A stretch of DNA of 64,000 nt from contig CM106585.1 in assembly GCA_048013815.1 (NCBI GenBank), positions 12,090,001 through 12,154,000 of the forward strand, in the 5' to 3' direction. Made by a program: the position numbers and the translations under genes. This document shows, piece after piece, positions 1-12,545 of the stretch (within the stretch, counting starts at the first letter, position 1; each line of letters opens with the position of its first letter). The DNA comes from Setoptus koraiensis. Its lineage: Eukaryota > Animalia > Arthropoda. The notes below the pieces were generated by a model. That model did not search any database, had not been told where the DNA came from, and saw only the letters and a program-made list of their open reading frames with translations.

Positions 1-118
1 ACAGCAACAGCAACAGCAACAGCAACAACAACAGCAACAACAGCGGCAACAGCAACAACAACAGCAACAGCAACAGCAACAGCAACAACAACAGCAACAA
101 CAGCGGCAACAGCAACAA

Positions 119-160
<42 letters not shown>
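1..160. repeat. (ACAGCA/ACA)n microsatellite, truncated by the window edge
   Basis: Directly visible CAGCAA/CAA iterations from base 1 to 160. Confidence 0.95.
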
Positions 161-161
<1 letters not shown>

Positions 162-334
162 TAGAAATAAATGGGACACACGGATAACGTTATTTTAGTT
201 GTGGCGCTGCGCTCTCGGCGTGCATATCGGCTGGCCAGATATATATTGAGTGCTCTTGGCCAGTATCGGTAACCTTTCGACAGGCCAGTTTACTTTTGGA
301 TGCTCGACGGGCGCGCATTCTTTTCGCTTCCATC

Positions 335-430
335 GGCTTCGCTCGGCTTCTCAGGGCTTCTCAGGGCTTCTCAGAGCTTCGCAGGGCTTCGTTCGGCTTC
401 GTTCGGCTTCGTTCGGCTTCGTTCGACTTC
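335..430. repeat. 10-bp-period minisatellite (GGCTTCTCAG / GGCTTCGTTC variants)
   Basis: GGCTTC-type core recurs every 10 nt; explains the spurious ORFs at 250-707. Confidence 0.85.
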
Positions 431-1136
431 TGCCGGCCTCCCCGGCTTCTCGAGATTCTCTCTACGGCCACAGCCGGTCGCTTGTGTGTTGCGCAACAGC
501 GCAAACGAATGCAAACTAATTCAACAAACTAAATTAGGCACTCCGCTTACCTTGCCCGTTAAACGCTTCCTCTTCCTCTCCCTCGCACAGGCAGCCTCGC
601 ATTGCCTCATTATAGCCGCCTGGCGCTGTTGTTGGCGCTGTTGTTGTTGTTGTTGGTGTTGTTGCCGTCGTTGTTGTCGGTCGCGCCCGTGTTGTTGTTA
701 CTTTTAACCGCACTTTCTATATATATGCCTCCCCCCTCTCTCTCTCTCTCTCGCCTGGATTAGTCAGATTGGTGCCGATTGCGCTAATCATGGGAGCCAT
801 CGCTCTCCCGTCACACCGATGCCACCACGACCACCACGACCATGGTGACGGGTCGCACTTCCTAGTTCCTTTATGGTGCACTCAATCACTTGATTGCTGC
901 ACCACAGCCTGTGGTTTGCTGGGGCGACGGCGCCGCCAAGCGGCCGAGCACTCAACCAGAAACTCGTGACTTGCGGTGTTACACTCGCCAAATACGTGCT
1001 GCTCGGCACACCTGTTGTCGTTGTTGGTCGAAATGGGCTTATTCGAGCAGCCGTTGGGTGAGCAGTTGCATCTTTGGTGTTTTTGGTCGTATTTTTTTGG
1101 TCGCTCGATGGGCGCAATCTGCCGAAAGGAATCTAC

Positions 1137-1290
1137 CGTCGAAATTTCTGACTGTCGATATTTCCGATTGTCGATATTTCCGATTGTCGATATTTCTGAC
1201 TGTCGATATTTCTGACTGTCGATATTTCCGACTGTCGATATTTCCGACTGTCGATATTTCCGACTGTCGATATTTCCGACTGTCGATATT
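1137..1290. repeat. 16-bp minisatellite TGTCGATATTTCCGA(C/T), about 9-10 copies, with degenerate copies to ~1385
   Basis: TGTCGA starts at 1153, 1169, 1185, 1201 and onward (period 16). Confidence 0.9.
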
Positions 1291-2012
1291 TCGTACCTGC
1301 ACGCCCAGTCCGGAGCATTGTTCAAAGCTCGGCTTGTCGATATTTCGTCTGTCGAGATTGTGTACGTCGAGATTGTGTGCATCGAGACCGCGCCGATCCA
1401 GAGCGGTGGCCGTGCGTGCGAGCAGTTGCGAACGGGATGAACGGGATCCGCTGGCGAGCCGGTGTGCCCACTGACAGCTGTCAAAAGTCACAAACGACGG
1501 CACACACACACACACAAGTCAGATCATGTGTTCTCGACAACACCAGCAACAGCAACAACACCAGCAACAGCGGCAACAGCGGCAACAGCAACGACAGCAA
1601 CAACTACAGTCAGCTGATTAGAGTTGGCGGACGGCGAGAACCGTTATGGCTGGCTGTTGTTGGGCTGTTTCTGTTTCTATGGCAACGACTGACACAGTGC
1701 CGTCAAGACGATGCAGACGAAAAGAGCAGAAAAAACGGTGTAGCTGTAACTGTTGTTGTTGTTGTTGTTGTTGTTGCAGCTTGTTGTGTCTCAACAATGC
1801 CTCTGAATTGTCCACCGGCATTACATCATCATCATCATCATCGTCGTCATCACCATCATCGTCATAGTCGTCGTCATGTTATCCGCGTGACTCGCACTGG
1901 CAAGCTCGCCCAGTCATTTCGTCTGGGTGTCTAATTACTGCCGGGATCATTGACTCTTGATAACAACAACTACAACCTGTTTTTTGGCTCACTTTGTCCG
2001 TTGTCTGTCCCT

Positions 2013-2058
<46 letters not shown>

Positions 2059-2580
2059 ATGTTGTGTTGTGTTGTGCCGGCACAACTCTTTCTCCGACCG
2101 TCCGTCTCTCTGTTGTGCAACAAAATCTCCTCGACATGACATAATCTCTCTGTCTCTCTTATATAATCGTCTGCCTGTTCGTCTCACCTGTGTGGCTCGC
2201 CGAAATTGGCCGACATGGTCCAGTTGCATGTGTGTGTGCTGTCGCTGTTACGTATCGGTGTTGCATGCCAGCCAATTATCGGTGTAGCATGGCTGCACCG
2301 CAACTAGGTAGCGCCACTGCGCAAACTATGTTTAGTTTATTGGCGCCTAATAATAATTAATTACAACCAACCAACCGCCCGCTAATTATGCAATCAGCTA
2401 ATCATGACTAGCGAGCGCAATCAATTAACTGCGCTCTCCCGTGTGCCGTTCGACTTGTTCATGTTAATTCTCGTTCTGTCTCCATCAATCTCATAACCTA
2501 ATCTAATAACCGTAATTCTCATAATTCTTATGATTCCCATAATTCCCGTAATTCTTATCTAATTGTCGTCGCCTCATCAG

Positions 2581-2805
2581 TGCTGTAGTGGCGCAAAGTG
2601 TGGGCATGTTCATAGGGTCCACCTTCAAGGATTTGGAGCTGTCCATTACGATAGCCGCGCTATACTCCACTTCCACCATGCTGTTCGGCGGCTTCTACTC
2701 CTCCACAATTCCGCCCTGGCTCAGCTGGCTTCGTTATGGCTCCGTCGTGTATTACGGCTACCTCAACATGCAAATAATAGAGCTGGGATCGTCGCCGCCC
2801 CTCTC
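2581..2805 (+). CDS. ABCG-family half transporter, penultimate coding exon (ABC2 membrane domain); upstream exons not identified in the window
   Basis: Translation AVVAQSVGMFIGSTFKDLELSITIAALYSTSTMLFGGFYSSTIPPWLSWLRYGSVVYYGYLNMQIIELGSSPPL matches the ABCG TM3-TM5 pattern (AQSxGxFxG, LFGG, IPPWLSWLRY). Acceptor CATCAG ends at 2580; donor GTAAGT at 2806. Confidence 0.85.
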
Positions 2806-3003
2806 GTAAGTACCCGCAATCAAGCCGATTGAATTGATTAATTAATTGGCTGATCGTGCTCGAATCGGAGCAGAAATAGCGCCCCCGCCAGAATGACCAA
2901 AGTGACCGAAGTGACCGAAGTGACCAATCCAATCTAACCAACATCTCTGCTAATATCTGAATATTTCACGTGCAATAATCAATTAATCGCTAAACGGAAA
3001 TAG

Positions 3004-3385
3004 GTGCGCGCTGAAAAACTCGAAATACCCCTCGTGCCTGGTGTCGCAGTCGAGCTCGCTGGTGGGCCCCCAAAATGGCCAGCAACAATCGCACATGATT
3101 GGCCACCAGGAGGCCACCATCAACCAAACTGCCATTGTGTACGGCAACTCTGCCGGCCTGACCACATCGTCGCTGGCCGGAAACCAGTTGGCCGCCGGCA
3201 ACCAGCTACAACTGGCCGCGCCACACTACATATCGAGCAGTGACATTTTGGTCGGTCTGGACCCCATGAGTCCCAACGAAATCCCCTATTCCGTGTGGCT
3301 CAACACCCTGTGCCTGATCGCCTTCTTGCTGGCGTTCCGCATTGCTGGCTATCTCATACTAAGGATCTATCACAAACCGAGCTGA
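3004..3385 (+). CDS. ABCG-family half transporter, last coding exon
   Basis: Acceptor TAG at 3001-3003 joins in frame (phase 2) to give S-CALKNSKYPSCL...WLNTLCLIAFLLAFRIAGYLILRIYHKPS*, a typical ABCG C-terminal helix (FRxxGYLxLR). Confidence 0.85.
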
Positions 3386-3502
3386 TTGGAAAGTTCCCAT
3401 TCTGTTCGGAAAATTCCCATCCTGATTGGAAAATTTACATTCTGTTCGGAAAATTCCCATTCTGATTGGAAAATTTACATTCTGTTCGGAAAATTCCCAT
3501 TC
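3383..3502. repeat. 20-bp tandem repeat (two alternating variants, 40-bp higher-order unit) at the start of the ABCG 3' UTR
   Basis: GGAAA core at 3388, 3408, 3428, 3448, 3468 and 3488. Confidence 0.85.
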
Positions 3503-4175
3503 GGGCCCCCTCGGGTGATATGGTGCCCATTTAACATATACACATTTCCATATTATCCCCATATTTTGATATATTATTATCGAAATTTCACATCAGCAAC
3601 AAATTATCGGTTACGAGCACGCCGGTCAAGCGGCTAAAACAACTTAGCCAAAGTTGACCATCAGATGGCACTTGATCGATGGTGCAAAAACGCTAGAAAA
3701 CACTGCCGGAAACACTGCACAGATTTAGTTTTTCCACACTCTGTCTGTAATATTTCTTATTGTAACATATATATTTGTACATTGTCATATTGATGAGCTC
3801 TGACAAGCACTCTCGGCGCACTCATCGGCTCCTAATTATCGGCATCGGCTCGCAATTATCGGCATCGGTGTGCGTGTGTGTGTGTGTGTGTCTGCAAAGC
3901 CATTAAGAAAAATCAACCGAACCACCTAACTAAGCTAATCAATTGGAGCGCAAATTATATTATTTACGAATCATCATGTCAACATGGTCATGTCATATCA
4001 TTGCATTTTATACATATTTATAGATTGTAATTTACACGCAAAGATAATGTATCGCTCGCTCGCGCAAACAAACAAATCTCTTGCTATAAATCAATATTGT
4101 CTTCTCTCATCATCACCTCTATTTGGCGCTGGCAGCCAGCTATAGACGCCAATAAGTGTTGAGCTGTGTCAAGTT

Positions 4176-4202
4176 GTGACGTAACTGGGCCAGTTACGTC
4201 AC
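4176..4202. promoter_or_regulatory. Perfect 27-bp palindrome carrying two inverted TGACGTAA (CRE/PAR-type bZIP) sites
   Basis: GTGACGTAACTGG-G-CCAGTTACGTCAC: 13-bp arms with a 1-nt spacer. A regulatory function is inferred. Confidence 0.5.
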
Positions 4203-4367
4203 TCGGGACCCATTCGAATTTCGACACAAATCACATTCCAATGTCAGTCAGGTCACGATACGAATCGTGTTGTTGTCCGCCGCGAGGTCGCGCCCTCGAA
4301 ACTCGCAACACTCTCTTCCTTTGTGGGTCCTGTCCAGTTTTGTGGCTCTCGCCGGCACTTTTAAGCA

Positions 4368-4432
4368 GTTTTCGGCAATTTTCGGACGTTTTCGGACGTT
4401 TTCGGACGTTTTCGGACGTTTTCGGACGTTTT
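4368..4432. repeat. 10-bp tandem repeat TTTTCGGACG
   Basis: Five near-perfect copies plus degenerate flanks. Confidence 0.9.
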
Positions 4433-6047
4433 CGCCCGATGGTGTCGGCGCTCTCGGCCATGTTCGGCCTCATTTGCATGCGTTTTGATTTGATTTTCGG
4501 CCGGGGCCCCAGTCTCGGCGCCACTGGTCGGCGCTGATTTAATTTCAGTTAATTTATATTCACAGTGTGAACATAACATTGCAGGCGCTGGCTGTTCCGG
4601 CCGCGACCCACAAGCCGTCGGGCTCGCCGTTGATCAGAACAGAGGCTCGCAATATTTCTAGAATTCGTGAATATTTTCTCACATTCTAATTCTCCATTTT
4701 CTGGTACCAGCTAGCGGTTCTTTCGAAGCAGCCAGCGGCAGCGCTATCGTGAGCTGGCCAACTGTTCGAGATGAATCGGCCCATTAATTGCCCGGTATGG
4801 GTACACAGCGTGGGCGCGCCACAAGAGGCCCCTGTCGCACTTGGGGTGTTTTCGTGCGAATCGCTGCGTTTTTTACCCCAGATGATTTATTTAATGCTCG
4901 TGCGAACGAACGGATCGAACGGAGAATGGGCGCCGTTTCGACGTATCGCATCGCTGCGCTTTTTGCCCACTATTTATTATTTGCCATCATGATGATGATG
5001 GCGGCACAGTGTATAATCGAGTTGCACAATGTAGTTGTCTGAGTCGGCTCACGGAGGGCGCTAACAACTTGGACAAAATCAGTGAGGCGCAAAATCACCG
5101 CCAGCTCGTGCGGCCACGTGTATCACGGGGAGTTTATATCGGCTGTTGGCCGTATGACTATATCTAATGGTAAATATCAAATGAGAACTATATCCAAAAC
5201 AAGTGGCAACGGCGCTAATATCGCCGCCAGTGTTAACCAAATGGCAGCCATCAATTTGTTATCGCATGCAAATATAAAATATGTGAGCACAGTGTTACGC
5301 AACAATCAGACAACACCAAAGAGTGACTCGAGTCGGCAGTGTTGCATTACATTATTGCCTGGCTGTTGGCTGGCAAATGCAAATTAACGCCAGAGGGCCC
5401 CTCGTCGCCGACACGATGGTATCTGTGTAATGCGTGTACGGGCGATTATCCGATTGCAGCAGACAACAGCGACATTAGAAGCGTGAAGATGACTCATTGC
5501 GTCATAAATGAGGTGCACAGGTCTACACAGTGTGTAAAGAAATCATATCTCCATTTCTGCGAATGCGCTCGCCTGAGCAGTGATCCAGAGCAGAGTGCGG
5601 GCCTCACACTGTGAGGTTAAACGGGCCCCAGTTGGCCCAACGAATCGGGAGTGACCGCGTGCACCGTCGCTAGGTGTCGCGCGCGCGCTCCCAACGATCA
5701 CGATAATCGGGACGGATCCGCGCCTCGTTCCGCCTCCGTCGGACGCCCGCAAACAGGGCCGCGTCCTAACTGTGAGTGTCGGGCCGCCAAATGAGGGTGT
5801 ACAGGTGCCCGGTCAACCCCGGTCGCCACCGTCAACTGTCGGCCCGCTGACGGTGGCGACATTTCTACTAGAAATGGTGATCGGGCCAAGAAATTTTCTA
5901 GGCCCGATCGCTAGTGCCCATAGTGGTAATTGGTTCGTTGCAATTACGCAGAGTATCGCGGGAAGGCGAAAAATGCCCCAAAGTTTCGAGCGAACGTCTC
6001 GAGCCCCGATCGCCTCTGGCCGATACCCGCGGCGAGAGCCGCCTGGC

Positions 6048-6128
6048 GGCCATTTTTCGGCTCGACGGCGGGCCATTTTTCGGCTCGACGGCGGGCCATT
6101 TTTCGGCTCGACGGCGGGCCATTTTTCG
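6048..6128. repeat. 23-bp tandem repeat GGCCATTTTTCGGCTCGACGGCG x3.5
   Basis: Units start at 6048, 6071, 6094 and 6117. Confidence 0.9.
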
Positions 6129-8563
6129 GGGTCGAGAGCTGCATCGGCACGAAAATGCTCGAAAACTCTCGAAATTTCCCCGAAATTCCAGGCAACTTTG
6201 TGGGCCGTCGGAGCTCCGTTGCGTCGGGGTTCCGTTGCGTCGTCGCGCGTGCAGGTGGTTACAAGTGACAGTGGTGAGTCACGATGGGCCGCCCGCGCCA
6301 GCTGACACAGGCAGCTCCGGCGTGGGCGCTATGCGCCGCATATATATTGTGTCATATATATATTGTGTCGTATATATATATTGTTGCGTTCGAAGGAGCG
6401 GCCCCCAATAATCGTCAGTGTGGGGCGAAATTTTTTGAAACACTTGAGACGATGACTCACATCGTTGGGCAGCTCGTGGCAGCCAAGTGGCCAAGTGCGC
6501 GTGCCGAGTCGTTATCAGATGGCTCTGGCGCTGCTACCGCTGCTGCAGTAATCAGTATATCAGCTGTGGGGCCCCCGTTTGACAGTGCGAGATTAGTATT
6601 AGGTAAGTTATTAGTGTCGCCGCTGAACGCGCATAACAATTGTCAATTGACGCATGCAACTACTTCCGATTCAGGGCACAGTGCCCGGCAGCGGTATTGC
6701 GTAACGCGACGGCGGCGGTTGTGCCGTTGTTGCCGCTGTTGTTGCTGTTGCCGTTGTTGCCGCTGTTGTTGCTGTTGCCGTTGTTGCCGTTGTTGTTGGT
6801 GCCGTTGGTGCTGCTGTTGTGAGCGCACCAACAACGACAACAACAACCAATGACATTGCTTGATGGCGCTAAATGTAGGCCATTATGTAGGCCGCCTAGT
6901 TATATATCTGTTTATATGAGTTGCTTGCGTTGCGTCATGCAGCACAACGCATCGGGGCCCCGCCAGCGACAATCGGCCCAGATGAGTCAGTCTTCTGTTT
7001 GATCTCTTTGGCTTTCTTCTTGCGCCCCCCCCCCCCATCACCCCGTATTATCTGGCCCCGCCATATACTCGCCATATATCTATAATAGTATCGCACGGGC
7101 CAAAGGAAGTGGATGCAATTCATTCAGCTTTGGCGCCCCCCCCCCCCGGATAACGGTTGTTTGCTTGCGTAATGACGCGCTCACGTACGCGTACCATTGC
7201 AAAGTGCAAAATGGGCCCGCTGAGGGCGCGCGCGGGGTGTTGCGCAACATCAGCGGCCGACTCACGAGCGGGCAAAGGGGCCCCGTGATACGAGGCCCGA
7301 CGAATCGGAATGAAACGAAATGAGATGAATCGAGTCGAGCCGAATCGCATTGACTGGATGGCTTTGGGAGGCGGCCGAAGGGGGCGAATTGCGCCAGATA
7401 AACGGCCCGCCCGCTCTTGACCACCGCGCCGTTGGTCGGTCCAGTGGCTTATTGGCCAACAAGCCAATGCGGACCGACCAATGCGGCTGCGGCGGAGGCG
7501 CCGGGCCGCATCTGGCTTTTGGCCCGCACACTGGCCCGGCGTAGCCCGAAAGACAGATGCGTAGGAGTGATAATGTATTAAATATAACGCGCGCACAATG
7601 ACACTAATGCTTCCGCCGACGATAGTTGCCCAGATACACACTTGGGCGCACCGGGCCAACATGTCGGCCGATGAGTCATCGTGCAGATAATCCATGGCGC
7701 ACGCGGGCTGGCCGACGCGCACACTGCGCCATTGGGGCCCCGTGCACGTACTGGCTCCAGCGGCACCTCAGAGACAATTCGAAGAGAGCAGCGTCGAAGC
7801 CTCGAACCGGCAACTTGCGAGCTCCTTCGAACCAGCGCCGAGTCGCAACCGGGCCCCAATCGATGTTTGGATGTTTGTTTGGCGGGGGGGGGGGGCGACT
7901 GTGCCCGTGCCAGCTGAGCCGTGCCACTGTGCGGCCGGTGCTGGCCGGAATCGTGAATGGCGCCGCTGACGGGACCCAATGAATGCGGCCACTTGTTCGA
8001 ATCGTCTCTGGGCGCCGTTTCCGCTCGCGCGGCCACACAAACGCGCCCTGTCCGTTGGGCCCAATTGTCGCCGGCACATCATTTGATGGGCGTGCCGGCC
8101 GGCCAGTTGTGCCTCAAACTTGTGGCTTTCGGCCCCCGACACACAGTCGACCGATCGCGATTGATGTCACGCGATATGACGAGGCCCGGCGAACTGGCGC
8201 GGACGGCCCGAGGCGGACTACGGCCGCTCGGACAAGAGCCGCCGAGATTGGCGCCGAGTGTTGTGCTCGCCGGGCGCCGATTGTTGTGCTCGCCAGGCGC
8301 AAAGTTTCACGCACAGCCAGCATAACAATCGGGTTTTGAGTTGCAATTTGCGCATTTTGCTCGCCGCACTATTTTTGTGCATGCCGGCCCGCTCGATATG
8401 TCGGCGCTGACGCTTTTTGTGAGCCCTTTGTGTGGGGCCCCTCGGCTCGAGAGTCTCGAGGCTTTTGTGTCGAGAGGCTGCGAAAATGTGCGCGCACACA
8501 AACTGCCTATGGCACGCCAGAGAGTCATACAGCACGACAATGCCGATTGACAATGGCTACAAC

Positions 8564-8637
8564 AAGTGCGGGCCCCCAACAGCAAGCCGAGCAAGTGAGG
8601 CCCCCAACAGCAAGCCGAGCAAGTGGGGCCCCCGAAC
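8564..8637. repeat. About 28-bp tandem repeat containing GGCCCCCAACAGCAAGCCGAGCAAGTG
   Basis: AAGTG starts at 8564, 8593 and 8621. Confidence 0.8.
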
Positions 8638-9597
8638 AAGCAGCTAAACAAGTGTCGGCGGGCTGACACTGTGAGTGCGCCAACGATTGTTGTTGTTGTT
8701 GCTGCTATTCAAATGACAGCTCACTGACAGCTGACGACGCTCAGCTGACGGTGAGTGGCCGGCGTAGAGACGGACAATGTCATGATTGTGCCATTGTTGC
8801 ACGCACAATGGTCGCAATGCTGGCGAATTTGAATTTATCGCCAGCAATTCATTAGTGTGTGCGTGTGTGCGTGTGTGTGTTGGCACTTGTATCCGATGAC
8901 GTTCATTGGCTTCACGGGCCCCCGCCCCCGCGCGCTCTAAATGCGACAATATCCATTCTGTTGCGTGTTCCAGATACAGCCAATGAGCAGATTGGCGCCC
9001 AGATACAAGCAATGCGCAGATTGGCGCCCAGATAGAGGCCAATCGGCCTGTGAATTATGCGCTCGTTTGAATGTCACTTTGCGCAGCGCCATTCAATATC
9101 AGCGATCATTATCACTGGCCACAATCACTGGTGGAGCCCCACTGTGGTCATCTCGATAATAAACTTGTTAAGTCGGCATCGGCGTGATTGGGGGGGGGGG
9201 CCAATTCCGGCGCGCCCATTCACATTCAAATCGAGCACGACAAGCCAATTGCTCGTGGAGGCCCGGCGATCAATTAATGTGAACGCTACTAATTGCTACT
9301 GATTGCCGTGATTCGGGCCGCTTCTGCTGGCGCTGGCCAGCGCATTTCGCGGATCGAAAAAGAAAAAAATGCAAAACGCCAATGGATGCGCGAAATGTCG
9401 ACCGCTTCGAACGAGGCCAAGTCGAAATTGCACCAACAATAACAGTGATTGCGCCGCACGAATGGAAAAATTGCCCTGCTCAGTGGGCGCCCAGCAGACA
9501 CGCCACTTACCAACACTCAATGCGCGCTCGCGCGCCGCGGCCCGCGGATCCGCGCGGCTCAATTAGCCAGCCGGGGGCCCCGACGCGCAACGCTGCG

Positions 9598-9720
9598 CAG
9601 CTTGCCAGCAACATCCCAGCAGCTTGCCAGCAACTTGCCAGCAACTTGCCAGCAACACGGCACAGTAACATGGCACGGTAACATGGCACGGTAACATGGC
9701 ACGGTAACATGGCACAGTAA
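9598..9720. repeat. Two adjacent arrays: 11-bp GCAACTTGCCA and 13-bp GTAACATGGCACG
   Basis: Directly visible; GTAACA at 9665, 9678, 9691 and 9704. Confidence 0.85.
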
Positions 9721-10130
9721 TCTCCTATAATAAGCTGACCAATGGCTGCCTGGCAAGACAGCAGCGTGCTTGCCAGTCTCATTATCAGGCACGCCAATCA
9801 ATGCTTGCGGTGTGTACACTGTTCGGGGGCCCCCGCGAACGGTTGAGTGAAATCAATGGGCCCCAATTGCACAGTTTGAGGCGAGCGAGATTAGATGAAT
9901 TTTCAGAGCGCGCCAACACACACCAGCGCGCAGCCGGAGCCTCATTTGTTACATCATCATCATCATGACATTGGATAGAGATAAAACTGACTGGCAAGAT
10001 TGCCACTCGTGCTCGGGCCCCGATAACGCAACGCCGGGCCGCGCATTGGCGGTGGCATCATCAATTTGGCTAGACAGCCATTTGCCGACTGCCACTCAGC
10101 GTGCCCAGGCAGCCAGTTACAGGCTCGTTT

Positions 10131-10165
<35 letters not shown>

Positions 10166-12140
10166 AGACGATATTTGTTGCGTAATGCCGGCCAAGATCA
10201 AGATTGCGACGTCTTGTTGCGCAAGAATGTGTTCCGGTCAAACAGGTCAGCCGGCCGGCGGGCTTATCTAAGCCGGATCAGGCGGATCAGCGGTCGGCGG
10301 CGACGCGCCGGAAGCGGGCGCCGCCAGACGCTCGCTCGCGTTCGAGTGGCGCCACAAATAACGCGCATAGCGGCCACGCCAATGATATCGCATCATCCGA
10401 GGGCCTGTTTGCGCGTGCAAACGCGTGCAAATGGCCGCTGCACGCGCGCCAGTCGATGCGCGGATCAAATCTGTTTGTGTCAATTGATGATCTGCCCGTC
10501 AACGCTATTATTAACTGCAAATATTCCCATTTCCAGCTGTAATCTAATCTTTAATCGCTGGCGCGAGCCGTGCCCGAGTCCGCCGAAGCCGGCCCATGCA
10601 GCAGGCAACGGGACGCCCGCTCTTGTGCCACTGCGGCCCATCAGGCGACCCGAGAAAGCGGCCCGCGAAAGCAGCGCCTAGCGTCGCCAAAGTTAACCAT
10701 CGTCCAACTCAGGGTACCTCGTCGTCAGGATACCTGTCCGACGAGAATGACGCCGCTCCAATTTAATTCCGACGCGCCAATCAATTTCGCCGGCGCCCAC
10801 ACCCACCCGATGACTCACCCGCACGCCCCCCTCTCCGGCCGGCACGCGCACCCTATCGTTGTGTATATATATACATATACCGTCTCACCTAATATATATA
10901 TATATTGTTGGGGGCCCCAGGAGTTTGCACGAGCAGCGTGCGCTATAGCGCACATTGTTGCGCAGTGCGCACGTAGTCGTTGCGTCATCCAATACGCGCA
11001 AGCGCGTGCCATCCATTAGTCACTGGTGGCCAGTGCCAGAACTAACTGTCACTGCAACTAACTCGCTGTTGCGATAATCGAAACCGATAGCGCTAATGCA
11101 CTAGCCTGTGCTAGCCGAGCTGTGTAGCACGTGCTGCACGTGTTGGCCGTGCAGCGCGTGCACAGCGTGCAAGTTACACACACGGTGTGTACACACACAA
11201 CATTTCAAACAGTGTGCAAGCTGCGAAACCATTGGCACAAAACGACACCATGGCTGGTGGTGCAACAACCGCGTTCACGTGAATGGCGCAGCCAGTTGAC
11301 CAGCCGAGTAGCCAAACTGGGCTGGTCTGTAGACGAGCGGGCCCTCTTTGCTGAAATACAACAGGGCGCCACCTATGTCTGGTGTTTTATCCGGCCCAGT
11401 TGTTTTTGGTGCAGCCAATGTGTGCAAGCAACGCAAATAATGTATCTGTTTGAGTGTATTATCCAGCCAGCCAACGTGGGGTCCTCATTTGAAGTTGGCA
11501 GATCGCTCGATACGCACCGAATCAATTGCATCATTGCGTCATTTTCGTCGCCGCTGTGTTACGTAATCAACAACTGACTATTAATTGGTTTAGAGTAATT
11601 GGCGCACTTTTGTTAGTGACTTGAATATCCAATAGGTTATTAATTGTGTGTTGCTCGCTGTCGACAAAACGCCAGCTCGCCAACCAGCTTGCCAACAAAC
11701 AAGCGCCCAAGCAGCGAGTTGTCGCTGATTAGCGGACAAAATCGTCAAGTGATACCAGCGCAACTCATCAATTATTTCTCGATTTGTGCGCCACCAGTCA
11801 GCTCGCCATCAAGTCGCCCCATCGTCGGGGCACCCAACTTACAAATCAGTGCGTCAATTAATCATTTCGAGCAGCACCATCCAGCGAAACAATTTGCTTC
11901 GAGGCGCGGCGCGCAAACCAGCGAAAATAAACTAAACTGACACGCACTATATTGGCAATTCGGCGAAATGCGAACAGCATCATCGTTTCGTCGCTGGAGC
12001 AACCCGAACAATTGGCAGTGATTTATAATTGGCAGAGATTTCAATTGCGATTTCGGGCCGCCGACTGTTCGCCGCAAATCAAAGCTGCAGAGATAAGATA
12101 TCGCGGGCAGCGAGATTTCTCGAGCGCGATTCACATCGAT

Positions 12141-12340
12141 ACACGAAAATACACGCGCAACACACGAAAATACACACGAAAATACACACGAAAATACACA
12201 CGAAAATAAACACGAAAATACACACGAAAATACACACGAAAATACACGAAAATATACGCGAAACACACGAAAACATACGCGAAATTCGCGAAGAGAGATA
12301 CACGAAGATATACGAAATACACGAGAAATACACGAAAAAT
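12141..12340. repeat. About 12-bp ACACACGAAAAT array just upstream of the Ror start codon
   Basis: Directly visible and degenerating 3'-ward; source of the RKYT/TKIH spurious ORFs. Confidence 0.85.
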
Positions 12341-12454
12341 CGAGAAGCGGACGCACCGCGAAGTGATGCCATCAACAAGACAGTGAGATAAGCGAAAAAT
12401 GAGCGAGATCACCTCAAGGCAACCAAAGCAACCAATAGCATAATTTCAGCAGCC

Positions 12455-12545
12455 ATGATCATCAACTTTGCGCGGGCCCGCTCGCGCAACCCGATGGCCA
12501 TCCTGGCGATCGTGCTCGTCACTGTGACCGCGGGCCGCAGGACAG
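12455..12545 (+). CDS. Ror: Ror receptor tyrosine kinase-like, coding exon 1 (signal peptide)
   Basis: ATG at 12455 gives MIINFARARSRNPMAILAIVLVTVTAGRRT (basic N-region plus hydrophobic core). Strong donor CAG|GTGAGT at 12546, phase 1, matching the next exon. Confidence 0.65.

Noticed and set aside
199-268. Possible upstream ABCG exon reading VALRSRRAYRLARYILSALGQY (resembles the ERxxGAYRLSAYYLAK motif)
   Set aside because: It lacks the conserved E-R and G residues, the donor (GTAACC) is weak, and no linking exon to 2581 was found; probably chance.
882-1515. Long overlapping ORFs (882-1484, 890-1474, 1039-1515) and a CRISPR-like look
   Set aside because: They are translations of the stop-poor 16-bp minisatellite. 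The units are contiguous with no unique spacers, and no cas genes are present.
1914-2223. 308-nt AG-free zone ending in CAG, a candidate hidden exon
   Set aside because: The downstream sequence is closed or non-ABCG-like in the required phase and the zone spans a (GTTGCT)n tract. Kept as a counter-example to the AG-exclusion finding.
7995-8004. GTTCGAATC, a tRNA B-box-like motif
   Set aside because: No pairing T-stem, A-box or cloverleaf around it.
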